A stretch of 64,000 bases of DNA from Felis catus (lineage: Eukaryota). The position numbers and the translations under genes were made by a program. How positions within the stretch are numbered: position 1 is the first letter of the stretch; the number at the start of each line of letters is the position of its first letter. This document shows, in pieces, positions 10,822 to 22,135 of this stretch. The stretch is taken from assembly GCF_018350175.1 (NCBI RefSeq), contig NC_058368.1:125986001-126050000 (forward strand). Reading direction: 5' to 3'. The notes beneath the pieces were generated by a model. That model worked only from the letters and a program-made list of their open reading frames with translations. It had not been told where the DNA came from and ran no database searches.

Positions 10822-13676
10822 TATTCTATTGGATATTCTTAACTGATTTGTCAAATACTAGTTAGCCATACATTTCTGGGTCCATTTCTGGGTTCTCTAT
10901 TCTGTTCCATTGACTGAGTGTCTGTTTTTGTGCCATTACCATACTGTCTTGATGATTACAGCTTTGTAATACAGCTTAAAATCTGGGATTGTGATGCCTC
11001 ATGCTTTGGTTTTCTTTTTCCAGATTGCTTTGATTATTTGAGGTCTTTTCTGGTTCCATACAGATTTTAGGATTAGTTGTTCTAGCTCTGTGAAGAATGC
11101 TTGTGTTACTCTGATAGGGATTGCATTGAATATGTAGATTGCTTTTGGTAGTATTGACATTTTAACAATATTTTTTCTTCCCTACCCTGGAGCATGGAAT
11201 ATTTTTTTCATTTTTTGTGTCTTCGTCAGTTTCTTTCATAAGCTTTCTATAGTTTCCAGTGTATAGATTTTTCACCTTTTGGTTAGGTTTATTCCTAGGT
11301 ATTTTATGAGTTTTGATGCAATTGTAAATGGGACTGATTCCTTGGTTTCTCTTTCTGTTGCTTCATTATTGGTATATAGGAATACAAACAATTTCTGTGC
11401 ATTGATTTTATATCCTGCCACTTTGCTGAATTCATAGATCAGTTCTAGCAGTTTTTTGGTGGAATCTTTTGGGCTTTCCATATAGAGTATCTTATCATCT
11501 GTGAAGAGTGAAAGTTTGATGTTCTCCTGGCCAATTTGGATGCCTTTTATTTCTTTGTGTTGTCTGATTGCTGAGGCTAAGACTTCCAATACTCTGTTGA
11601 ATAACAGTGGCGAGAGTGGACATCCCTGTCTTGTTCCTGACCTTAGGGGGAAAGATCTCAGGTTTTCCCCATGGAGGATGATATTAGTGTTGGGTCTTTC
11701 ATATATGGCTTTTATGATCTTGAGGTATGCTCCTTCTGTCCCTACTTTCTTGAGGGTTTTTATCAAGAAAGGATGCTGTATTTTGTCAAATGATTTCTCT
11801 GAATCTATTGAGAGGATCATGTGGTTCTTGTCCTTTCTTTTATTGTTGTGATGAATCACATTGATTTTTTTGTGGATGTTGAACCAGTCCCGCATCCCAG
11901 GTATAAATCCCACTTTGTCATGGTGAATGATTTTTTTAATGTGTTGTTGGATCCAGTTGGCTAATATCTTGTTGAAGATTTTTGCATCCATGTTCATCAG
12001 GGAAATTGGCCTATAGTGTTATCCTTTTTAGTGGGGTCTTTGGTTTTGGAATCAAGGTAATGCTGGCTTCATAGAGTTTGGAAGTTTTCCTTCCATTTCT
12101 ACTTTTTGGAACAGCTTCAAGAGAATAGGCGTTAAGTCTTCCTTAAATGTTTGGTAGAATTCCTCTGGAAAGCCACCTGGCCCTGGACTCTTGTTCTTTG
12201 GGAGATTTTTGATTACTGATTCGATTTCTTTACTGGTTATGGTTCTGTTCAAATTTTCTATTTCTTCCTGTGTCAGTTTTGGTAGTGTATATGTTTCTAC
12301 CAATTTGTCCATTTCTTCCAGATTGTCCATTTTATTGGCATATAATTGCTGGTAATATTTTCTTATTATTGTTAGTATTTCTGTTACATTAGTTGTGATC
12401 TCTCCTCTTTCATTCTTGATTTTATTTATTTGGGTTCTTTTTCTTTTTGATCAAACTGGCTAATGGTTTATCAATTTTGTTAATTCTTTCAATGAACCAG
12501 CTCCTGGTGTCATTGATCTGTTCTGTGGTTTTGGTTTTGGTAACATTGATTTCTGCTCTAATCTTTATTATTTCCTGTGTTCTGCTGTTTTGGGTTTTAT
12601 TTGCTGTTCTTTTTCCAACTCTTTAAGACATAGGGTTAGGGTGTGTATTTGAGATCTTTCTTCCTTCTTTAGGAAGGCCTGGATTGCTATAATCTTCCCT
12701 CCGATGACCACCTTTGTGCATACCAGAGGTTTTGGGCTGTGGTGTTATCATTTTCATGGACTTACGTGTACTTTTTAATTTCCTTTTTAACTTCTTGGTT
12801 AGCCCATTCAATCTTTAGTGGGATGTTGTTTAGTCTCCAAGTATTTGTTACCTTTCCAAATCTTTTTTGTGGTGGATTTCGAGTTTCATAGTGTTGTGGT
12901 CTGAAAATATGCATAGTATGATCTCGATCTTTTTGTACTTGGGCTGATTTGTGTCCCAGTATGTGATCTATTCTGGAGAAAGTTTCATGCACACTGGAGA
13001 AGAATGTATATTCTGGTGCTTGAAGATGAAATGTTTTGAATATATCTGTTACGTCCATCTGGTCCACTGTATCATTCAAAGCCATTGTTTTCTTGTTGAT
13101 TTTCTGTTTAGATGATCTGTCCATTGCTGTAAATGGGGTGTTCAAGTCCCCTATCATTATGGTATTATTATCACTGAGTTTTTTTATGTTTGTGATTAAT
13201 TGATTTATATACTTGGGTGCTTACACATTTGGAACATAGATGTTTACAATTGTTAGGTAGATAGACCTCTTGGTGGATAGACCCCTTAATTATGATATAA
13301 TGCCTTTCTTTATCTCTTCTTACTGTCTTTATTTTTACATCTAGATTGTCAGATATAAGTATAACTGCACTGGCTTTCTTTTGTCCACAATTAGCATAAT
13401 AGATGGTTTTCCATCCCCTTATTTCCAATGTGAAGGTGTCTTTAGGTCTAAAGCGGGTCTTTTGTAAACAGCATATAGTTGGATCTTGTTTTCTTATCCA
13501 TTCTGTTACCCTATGTCTGTTGATTGGAGCATTTAGTCCATTGACATGTAAGTCCTGAAAGATTCGAATTTATTATCACTATGTTGCCTGTAGAGTTTGA
13601 GTTTCCACTGGTGTTCTCTGGTGCTTTCTAGCCTTTGTTGCTTTTGGTCTTTTTTTTTTTTTTGTCTTCTCTTCCC

Positions 13677-14573
13677 TCAGAGAGTCCCCTTTAAAATTTC
13701 TTGCAGGGCTGGTTTAGTGGTCACAAACTTCTTTAATTTTTGTTTGTCTGGGACACTTTTAATCTCTCCTTCTATTTTGAATGGCAGCCTTGCTGGATAA
13801 AGAATTCTTGGCTGTGTATTTTTCTGACTGAGCTCATTGAATATATCCTGCCACTCCTTTCTGGCCTTCCAAGTTTCTGTGGATAGGTCTGCCTCAAGCC
13901 TGAGGTTGTAGGTTAAAGGACTTCCCTTCCCTTGTAGGTTAAGGAATGTTTTTTCCTTACTGTTTTCATGATTCTTCCCTTGCATGAGTATTTTTGTGAA
14001 ATTGACTATGATATACCTTGTTGATGGTTGGTTGTTGTTGAATCTAATGGGAGTTTTCTGTGCTTCCTGGATTTTGATGTCTGTGTCTTTCCCCAGGTTA
14101 GGAAAGTGTTCTGCTATGATTTGCTCACAACCCTTCTACCCTTTTTTCTCTCTCTTCCTCCTCTGGGACCCCTGTAAGTCTGATGTTGTTCCTTTTTAAT
14201 TAGCCACTGATTTCTCTAATTCTTAAACCATGCTCTTTGTCTAGTCTCCCTCTTTTTTTCTGTTTCATTTTTCTCCATATGTTTGTCCTCTATATCGCTG
14301 ACTCTATGTTCTGCCTCATCTATCCTTGCCGCTGTGACATCCATTCGAGATTGCTCCTCAGTTACAACATTTTTTATTTCATCCTGAGTATCATTTTTCA
14401 TCTTTTATCTCTGCAGAAAGGGACTCTAATCTATTTTCAATCCCAGCTAGTATTCTTATTATCGTGATTCTAAATTCTGGTTCAGGCATCTTGCTTGTAT
14501 CTGTGTCAATTAAGTCCATGGCTGTCGTTTCTTCCTGCTCTTTCTTTTGGGGTGAATTCCTTCATTTTGTCAT
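13677..14573 (-). pseudogene. Outer L1 ORF1, disrupted
   Basis: ATG at 14573 (MTK*RNSPQKKEQEE..); DLSTETWKARKEW, PRILYPARLPFKIEGEIK, KPALQEILKG. Confidence 0.9.
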
Positions 14574-15123
14574 TTTGAAAGAAGATAAGGAATTAATAAT
14601 GTAAAAAAAAATAAAATTAGGAAATTAAAAACAACACACAAAACAATCAAATAAATGATGCTAGATCCTAGATGTATTTTGGTCTGCTTGTTGAAAGGAG
14701 CTTGATAGATTAGAGAAAAAAGAGAAAGACAAAAAAAGGAAAAAAAAAGATGTTTGAAAATTTGAAAAGATGAATACAATGAAATAGAATAAAATGAAAT
14801 GATTGAAGTAAAGTAGAATTTGAAAAAATTACAAAAAAATTAAAAATAGTGGAAAAAATTAAAGAAAATCATTTTTAATATTGAAAATAAAAGTAAATTT
14901 TTTCTCTATGTATTCAAGAAAAATAAAAGAAAAGATAAGAAAAAATTGAATAGATGGATCAGTAAACAGACTGAAATACGATTGGAATTACATCATTTTC
15001 CCCTAGAAATCAAACTATGAAGCACTTTATAGTCTGTAAACTAAGCAGGCAGAGAGACTTGTGGTGTTCATGAAGAGAGAAGTTGACCTGGTTGGGCGAG
15101 GCTTAGTGTAATGGCTCCATTTT

Positions 15124-15137
15124 CCACTAGATGGCGC
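15124..15137 (+). promoter_or_regulatory. CTCF consensus motif in outer L1 5'UTR (putative)
   Basis: CCACTAGATGGCGC matches the CTCF core CCASYAGRKGGCRS; binding not shown. Confidence 0.5.
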
Positions 15138-16624
15138 TGCTTAACTAACTGGGGTGGATTGTTGTGGCACTTGTAGGTGTGTATGTGCATGCCTGGGAGG
15201 GGTGAAAATGGCATCACCCAGATACCCAGTCTCTAGTATTGAACTCTGTCATCCCCAATCAGCAATCACACACCTGTCCTTTGTCTCCAGCTTCCATCCA
15301 CTCCCTGCTTTTACACTGTCCATGACCAAGCCATCAGGTTGCCAGATGACACCTCCCTCCTGAGTTTTATCTCAGATGCAGCTGTGTTTCCCATTCTCTC
15401 ACTTCTGAGGGACTGTGGCTTTCACCCGTTCAGACCTTCTGGGGCAGGGTCTCACTGAGCAGTGGCCCGGTAGTGGCCACACTCAGGAACATTCCCAGGA
15501 CCATGCTGTTGCTGATGCCCAGAGACTGCGGCTAGGTGCCAGTCTGCTCCAGAAAAAGTTCATGCAATTGGGTAGCAGTGTTTAAGGGATAAGGAAAATC
15601 ACAACACATACCTGGCACCAGGCTTCAACCTTAACGACCTTGTTCCAGCCCCAATGAATGTGGTTGTTCTCTGGGGTCTGCTGGAACCTTGCCTGCTGAG
15701 TTCTGTGGTTCAGGTTGTGCAGATTATTGTGTTAATACTCAAATCAGCTTTCTAGGTGTGCAAGATGGTTTAGTGTTGATCTGGCTGCATTTCATGGATG
15801 CAAGATGCATAAAAGACTTCCATGCTGTTCCACCATCCTGGCCCTTCCCTGAATTTCAAGATTTTTTATAAATACACAAAAGGGTAACTATGACAAGATC
15901 AAGTTCTAAATATGTCAAAGTTATTAATAAGCACAATGTCCTTTACAGAATCACTTACAAAACCTATGACGTGTGTTGAGGGATTCCTCTTCGAGCATGA
16001 TAGAGTAGCCCTCTTTTTCCCTTTATGTACAACTAAAATCTCTTGACATTATATATATAAAACACACATACATAGACTCTGGAAGCTGGAGATAAGAAGG
16101 CAAATCAGCTAGAAACCTGAGAACTTGAAGCATGATAGAGTAGTAAAGTTGTTGGGTATTTCTTTTGCCTCACAAAACAAATGAGTTCCCACAAAAACAA
16201 AACAGAATGGGGGGGCAGCCTTTCTCTCTAGCCATATGACTAGGAAAGAACATCCTTGCAAGACAGAGAACTTTAAATAAATCTGTAACTCAGCTAAATA
16301 CCATAGGAAAAAAAAAAAACCTGACTCCATCTTCATCCAAGCCAGCAAAGTCTGAGTGTTGAGCCTAGACACATCCTCATGAGGTCATACCAGGTGCTCC
16401 AGCACCTATCAGAATGGTATCAGAGAAGGCCAAGTGGGGGATCTGGGACTTTCATTCCTGCTGGCCATTAATGAGCCCTTTCTTACCCACTGTGTCAGTG
16501 GGGACCACCCAAGGATCTGAAACATGTATACATGATTGGCAGTAACAAGGAGCTCTCCCTACCTTGGGTGAAAGTGGAGACTAAGTGAGGAAGCTTGTCC
16601 TCAACTTTCACTTGGCAAAAATGA

Positions 16625-17541
16625 AAAAAAAGAACTCAGTTAGAAAATAGGAAGAAGACAGAGGTATTTTACTAACAAGAATATACAAATGGACAAAAAT
16701 AAATAAATACATGAAAAGATATCCAGCATTAGCTATTGGAGAAATATGCATTGAAACCACTATGAGATATCATTACATACCTCTCAGAATGGCTGAAATA
16801 GAACACAGTGACAAAACTAATGCTGACAAAGATAGAGATTAGTCATATGTCATTGGTGGGAATGCTAAGCCACTTTGGAAAAAAGTATGGTAGTTTCTTA
16901 AATCAAGCATGTGCTTGCCATATGACCTAGCACTCCTGAGTGTTTATCTCTGAGAAATGATGATTCCTGGTCATGTAAACCTATACACCAATTCTTATAG
17001 CAGCAAATGTGTATGGGCAATAACTGAAAGCTGGAAACAGCCCATATGCTCTTCAATAGATGAGAGGTCAAACATATTGAAGTATGGTCTGCCCATACAA
17101 TGGATATTACCTAGCAATAAAAAGGAATGAGCTCCTGATACATGGAACAGCCTTGACCACTGTCCATGATCAGTCTCCTTTTTTTCTGAGTGGGGGAAAA
17201 AATCTCAAAGGATTCTAAATTTGATGATTCTATTTATATCATAATCTTGAAATGATGACAGGATAGAAAGGGAGAACAGATGAGTGGTTGCTAGGTTTAA
17301 GGAGGGAGTGTGAGTGTCCCTCTAAAGGGCAGTATTGTATGGGTGATTCTTGTGGCAAGGAAAATACTCTGTATCTTGATTGAAACCATGTATAATATGC
17401 TGATTGTGTTATTGTATCATATTTCACAAGTTTTGCCACTGGGGAAAACTTGGTGAAGGATATATAGGTTCTCTCTGAATGATTTCTTACAAGTGTAGGT
17501 AACTCCACAGTTTTCTCCAAATAAAAAGCTTAATTTAAAAA
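16625..17541 (+). mobile_element. Ancient L1M (L1MC-like) ORF2 end and 3'UTR
   Basis: CCACTATGAGATATCAT..CAGAATGGCT, CCACTTTGGAAAA, CCATATGACCTAGC, GCAATAAAAAGGAATGA; ends AATAAAAAGCTTAATTTAAAAA. Confidence 0.8.
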
Positions 17542-18274
17542 CTTGAGGTTTTCAGTTCTACAGATCAAAATGGTATAGGGTGTTTCTTTGGTGAATTTGG
17601 ATCTAATTCATTAAATTCAGGGCTTAAAATATAACTAGTGATAAATATAGAATCCACATATATGATCATTTATAATAATTAGTCATTAATTTGCAAATAC
17701 CTAGTATAGGAATTACCCATTCCATAGGCTGGATCAGGAAAGATTTCATCCTTCCTCCCACTCTAAAGTGAAAATTCCCTTTTCCTGAGGGATATGAACT
17801 GCTCCAAGATAACTGACAATGAGGCTTACTCATCAAGGCCTCTGCTAACACTTGGCAGCGCTGCCTTTTTGTTCTTGAAAAGGATACCCTCTTCAAACAG
17901 AAAAATTGCCAAAAAGTCTCTTTCTGGCCATACCATTTGACAAAGTCTTCCTCCAGACTGTCTACAGTCCTGAGCCAAGACACTGGGTTTGGAAAGCAAA
18001 GCTAATGCCTGTTTTTTTAACCCCCATTTCTCTTCCTTGGCGCTTACCTTCACATAGGTCTCTCTGCACAATCCTCTGAAGCAGCATTGAGTTTCCCCCC
18101 CCACAGACCCAGAGCCTTTCCTTTTCCAGCTTTTGGCAGAGGGAAGAGCACCTGGACCCTCCTAGGGAAACAGGTCTCTTAGGACCTCTTTCCTGTAGTA
18201 GTATTTCCTGTCTGGGTGTCTGCTTTCTCCATTCTGGGGGTTTCCACAGTAGAGGTACAGAAAGAAGCAAGAGA

Positions 18275-18470
18275 GGAAAACTAACACTTATTAAACACCT
18301 TCCATCTATGTGCTTATAACTTTTCATGGTGTTTTAGAAGAACTATGTGGCGTTTTAAGATCCTTCCTTAGCAGATGAGACCACTGAGGCCCAGAGAAGT
18401 GAAATGATTTCTTAAGGCTACCCAGTGAGGAGAAACCACTTGGATTAAAGTCTAGGGCCACCTGACTCCA
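18275..18470 (-). mobile_element. MIR SINE
   Basis: CAGATGAGACCACTGAGGCCCAGAGAAGTGAAATGATTT, reverse MIR core. Confidence 0.75.
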
Positions 18471-18738
18471 AATAAAAAAATGACTCCACTGTGTCACTCG
18501 AGGTCCATTTTGGATTCTTGGCCAACTACAGTGAGAGGAACTCTGCCTTCTAGGCAGTTATTAGCCTTGATCTTAATGGGGTGAGGCGAAGGAGTCTAAG
18601 AATACAAGTATCAACTAGAAGGCCTTCCTGGAGGGAGAAAACTTACAGTTGGCCTGACACAGATTGGTGTGATTTCTAACTCCACTTGGCTATAGTATGA
18701 ACTCAAGCTGAGAACTTGAAAAAGGAATGCTGAAAGTC

Positions 18739-18790
18739 AAATAAATAAATAAATAAAATAAATAAATAAATAAATAAATAAGCAAGCAAG
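18739..18790. repeat. (TAAA)n microsatellite
   Basis: Visible tetranucleotide run followed by (AGCA)n. Confidence 0.9.
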
Positions 18791-18910
18791 CACACATGTA
18801 CGCACACCCTAGGGCAGAACAAACCATGTGACTATAAAAAATCCAAGATAGCTAAGAAATTTTGCCTTAGCAATTGAATACATTCTATATGTTTCTAAGA
18901 ACAAACATTT

Positions 18911-19124
18911 AAAAAAAATTTTTAAATATTAATTTACTTTGAGAGAGAGCATGCATGGGGGGTGGGTGGGGAAATACAAGGAGAGAGTAAGAGAATCCCA
19001 AGCAAGCTCTATGCATCAGTGTGCAGGGCCCCTTGTGGGGCTTGAATTCACAAAACTATGAGATCATGGCCTGAGCTGAAATCAAGAGTCAGACACTCAA
19101 CTGACTGAGACCCCCAGGTGCTCC
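18911..19124 (-). mobile_element. Can-SINE (older)
   Basis: Reverse head CTGACTGAGACCCCCAGGTGCTCC; imperfect TSD at 18896-18910 / 19125-19139. Confidence 0.9.
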
Positions 19125-19140
19125 TAAGTGCAAACCTTTT

Positions 19141-19368
19141 TTTTTTTTTTTTTAATTTTTTTAACGTTTTATTTATTTTTGAGAGAGAGAGAAAGACAGA
19201 GTGCGAGTGGGGGAGGGGCAGAGAGAGAAGGAGACACAGAATCTGAAGCAGGCTCCAGGCTCTGAGCTGTCAGCACAGAGCCCGATGCGGGGCTTGAACT
19301 CACGGATCGCGAGTTCATGACCTGAGCTCCACTCAGACACTTAACCGACTGAGCCACTCAGGTGTCCC
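19141..19368 (-). mobile_element. Felid Can-SINE
   Basis: TSD AGTGCAAACCTTTT at 19127-19140 and 19369-19382. Confidence 0.95.
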
Positions 19369-20929
19369 AGTGCAAACCTTTTAAAATAGAGTACATGAAG
19401 TCCATTTAGGAATTAAAAAAATTATATAGCTAATGGACAAGAAATTAATATGTGTGGTTGAGATACTTGGACCAAAAAAAAGACAACTTCTCAGAGGCAA
19501 AATAAGGCACAATCAAAATACAGTGTCTTAGCCTCTTCAGTCCTTGGAAATGACCAAAGTCCCAAACAAAATCTCCTCTGGACTCTATCTACAACCACAA
19601 CTCAATCAGTGTGTCAGTGATTTTATTTACTTTTTAATTTATATTACATTTTATATCTACATTCAAAGATTTTTAGCTTCTGGAGATGTTTGAACACTTA
19701 GTATATTTTAAAGAAATACTTATTCCCAGCATTCATTTATCTCATTCACAATTACTTACATCATGAGTTAAATGAGCTTTGGTGGACTCCTTGGGAATCT
19801 AGCCAGCGTTTGTGAGATTGTTTCTAAGATAACATGCATTCCCAGTTCCCAATACCCTAGTTACAATAAAACACTGAACACAATAAGTATTGTCAAGGCA
19901 ACTATTCAATGAACAATAGGGGAAATATTATTAATTCAGTCTGTTCTTCAAGTCTTGTTTTTCCTTCTCAAATTATAATTTTTCTTTTCTCAACTTGGTC
20001 TACACTCCTTAGGTTGAGTTTTGTGTTCTAGTACATAGAAAAACTAGCAAGTAGGAATATGAAATCTTTGGTTCAAATGGTGGGTAAAAAATGTTAGTGG
20101 TAAGTGTGCCTGTTATTTGAATGGCCTTCGGAAGGTTTTCTGCCTTCAATAAAGTAGTCTTCCTTGCACATGCACTTGCAAAAACATACCAGTAGCTTGT
20201 AGGAAATAATACACATTTTAGAGTGACTCACTAGAGTGATTAACCAGCAAAGACATTTTCAAAGTTTGCATATGGATAACTGCTTTGTATGACTTAAAAT
20301 GTAAGGTTAGCTTAATTTTTTAGCTGTCACTCACTTGATGACAGAGCTCAGAACACTTTGAAGTACCTTTCTCTGAGTGTACCTTGATAGGCACATCACC
20401 TGGAACAGGGACATCTCCTACCTCAGAATCAGTCCAGGAGCAGGTAACAAAATGCAAATTCTAATGTGGAATTCAACCCACAAGTGAGTGAAGTTGCTTT
20501 TGTTGATACTTTATGTTCAAAAGCCAAGGGAGACAGACTGTGAAGAAGAGATACTATTATTGATAAAAATGAGGGGAATCATAGAAATCCTGCTGGCCAA
20601 AAGAAAGCTCAAACATTCAAGAAATACACTTTGAGGACACACTATCATTATATTAATGGCTCAGTACATCACATTTGAAGAGAATTTTACAGTATCTCAC
20701 CACCAATTTAGAACTATTCTATTAGATGTACTTGACCGGAACATGATTCTTACTTTACAAAGAATTTTTATGGCTGATTAAAACATTTGACTGACAAAAT
20801 TTTTAAGTGTTATCTTAAAGTGAAGCTGTTGTCCTATTAGAATAGATAACAACTGTGTCGTATCACCAAAATAGTACCTGATCCATAGTAAAAACTTGAA
20901 AACATTTATGAAAGAAATCTAATTACCTC

Positions 20930-21100
20930 CGTCCAGTGATTAGATTATTGATTTGCAAATTCAAGGTTTGAGTTTCCAGTTCAAAACCCCTAACTCTAAA
21001 CTAGATAGTCTTGTAGAAGTCACTAATTTGTCATTGCCTCAATTTTTTCATCTCTAAAATGAAAATAATGAAAACATATCCCATATAATTATATAAGTTA
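20930..21100 (+). mobile_element. MIR SINE
   Basis: GCCTCAATTTTTTCATCTCTAAAATGAAAATAATGA, MIR core. Confidence 0.6.
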
Positions 21101-21111
21101 TTGCTTATTCA

Positions 21112-21660
21112 AATTTCATTCAAGAGATATTTCTGGAATACCCACCACACCTCAGACACTGTTTTCTGCATTGACGATTCATTAGTACAAAATGCCAAAG
21201 ACTGTGCCCTGGAGCTTAAATTCTTGAGGAAGAGAATCGGTTAGAAGATAAATATCTTTGTAAATGGTGATGAACAAATATGGATAAAAGGTAGGGAAAG
21301 AGGGCAGAGAGGCAGTGTGGAATAGGGATATTTAAATAATAGGGTGGTCAGGAAGCCTTTACCAACGAGGTAATATTTTAGCTGAATCCTAACAAAAATA
21401 TGGGAACAAGCCTAGTGGATATCTTAGAGAATATCATTTCATACAGAGGAAATGGCAAGTGTAAAGGCCCTGAGGCCAGTGTGGTGTAAGTGAGCAAGGA
21501 GGACAATAGCAGGAAATGGTAGCAGTCCAGGGTGTCAGGGTCTTACAGACCATTGTAAGTATTTCAGAACTCATTCTGAGTGAGATGAGAAGCAATTGGA
21601 GAGTTTTAAGTAGAAGAGTGATAGTTCAGTGTTTCAAGGATTACTGTCACTACTGTATTT
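21112..21660 (-). mobile_element. L2 LINE fragment
   Basis: TTCATTCAA..CCCTGGAGCTTAAATTCT..GGTGGTCAGGAAGCC..AAAGGCCCTGAGG..GAGATGAGAAGCAATTGGAGAGTTTTAAG. Confidence 0.8.
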
Positions 21661-21679
21661 TCATGTTATAATAACCTAC

Positions 21680-21966
21680 GTAACTTGAGATTTTCTGTTG
21701 TACTAAAAAAGTAAAAATTGCAGGTAAAATTCATTTTAATAATATATTTTGCTTAAACCAGTATATCAAAATATTATACTTTCAATGTGTAAAAAAACAC
21801 AAACTTTGATTAATGGCATATTTTACATTGCTTTTTTCATACTAAGTCTTGGAAATTCATCATGTATTTTTCATTGAAAACACGTCCCAATTAGGACTAC
21901 ACACATTTCAAATGCTCAATAGCCATACATGGCTCATGGCTACCTTATTAGGTACCACATCTCTAG
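21680..21966. mobile_element. hAT DNA-transposon relic, MER33/MER3-like
   Basis: CACATTTCAAATGCTCAATAGCCATACATGGCTCATGGCTACC terminal motif; AT-rich interior. Confidence 0.75.
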
Positions 21967-21984
21967 TTGCTGTGTTCAGAATTT

Positions 21985-22135
21985 ACAGTCACCTCATACA
22001 CTGCTGGTGGGAATGTGAAATAGTGCACTCATTTGGGAAAATTGTTCACTTCCTAAAAAAAGTTAAATTTAGAGTTTAAGATAGGACTCAGAAATTTTAC
22101 TCGTAGGTCTGTACCCAAGAGGAATGAGGTTGAGA
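21985..22135 (+). mobile_element. Ancient L1M ORF2 fragment
   Basis: CTCATACACTGCTGGTGGGAATGTGAAATAGTGCA..TACCCAAGAGGAATGA. Confidence 0.7.

Larger units (their letters stand above)
9563..13580 (-). pseudogene. Outer L1 ORF2 (main part), disrupted
   Basis: [52 protein letters not shown] fragments; C-terminus continues at ~4325-4623. Confidence 0.92.
4084..15848 (-). mobile_element. Full-length carnivore LINE-1 (outer, older), interrupted by a second L1 and two SINEs
   Basis: TSD CTGAATTTCAAGATTTTTT at 4065-4083 and 15849-15867; 3'UTR/ORF2 end at 4084-4623; ORF2 resumes at 9563; ORF1 and 5'UTR run to 15848; degenerate YY1-like GGCCAGGATGGTGG at the 5' end. Confidence 0.93.

Noticed and set aside
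19169..19357. Recurrent 'MAQSVK..SSSPASGSVLTAQSLEPASDSVSPSLSAPPP' ORFs (also 48965, 60591, 33491, 10618, 41580)
   Set aside because: Can-SINE translations; their similarity reflects the repeat, not a protein family.
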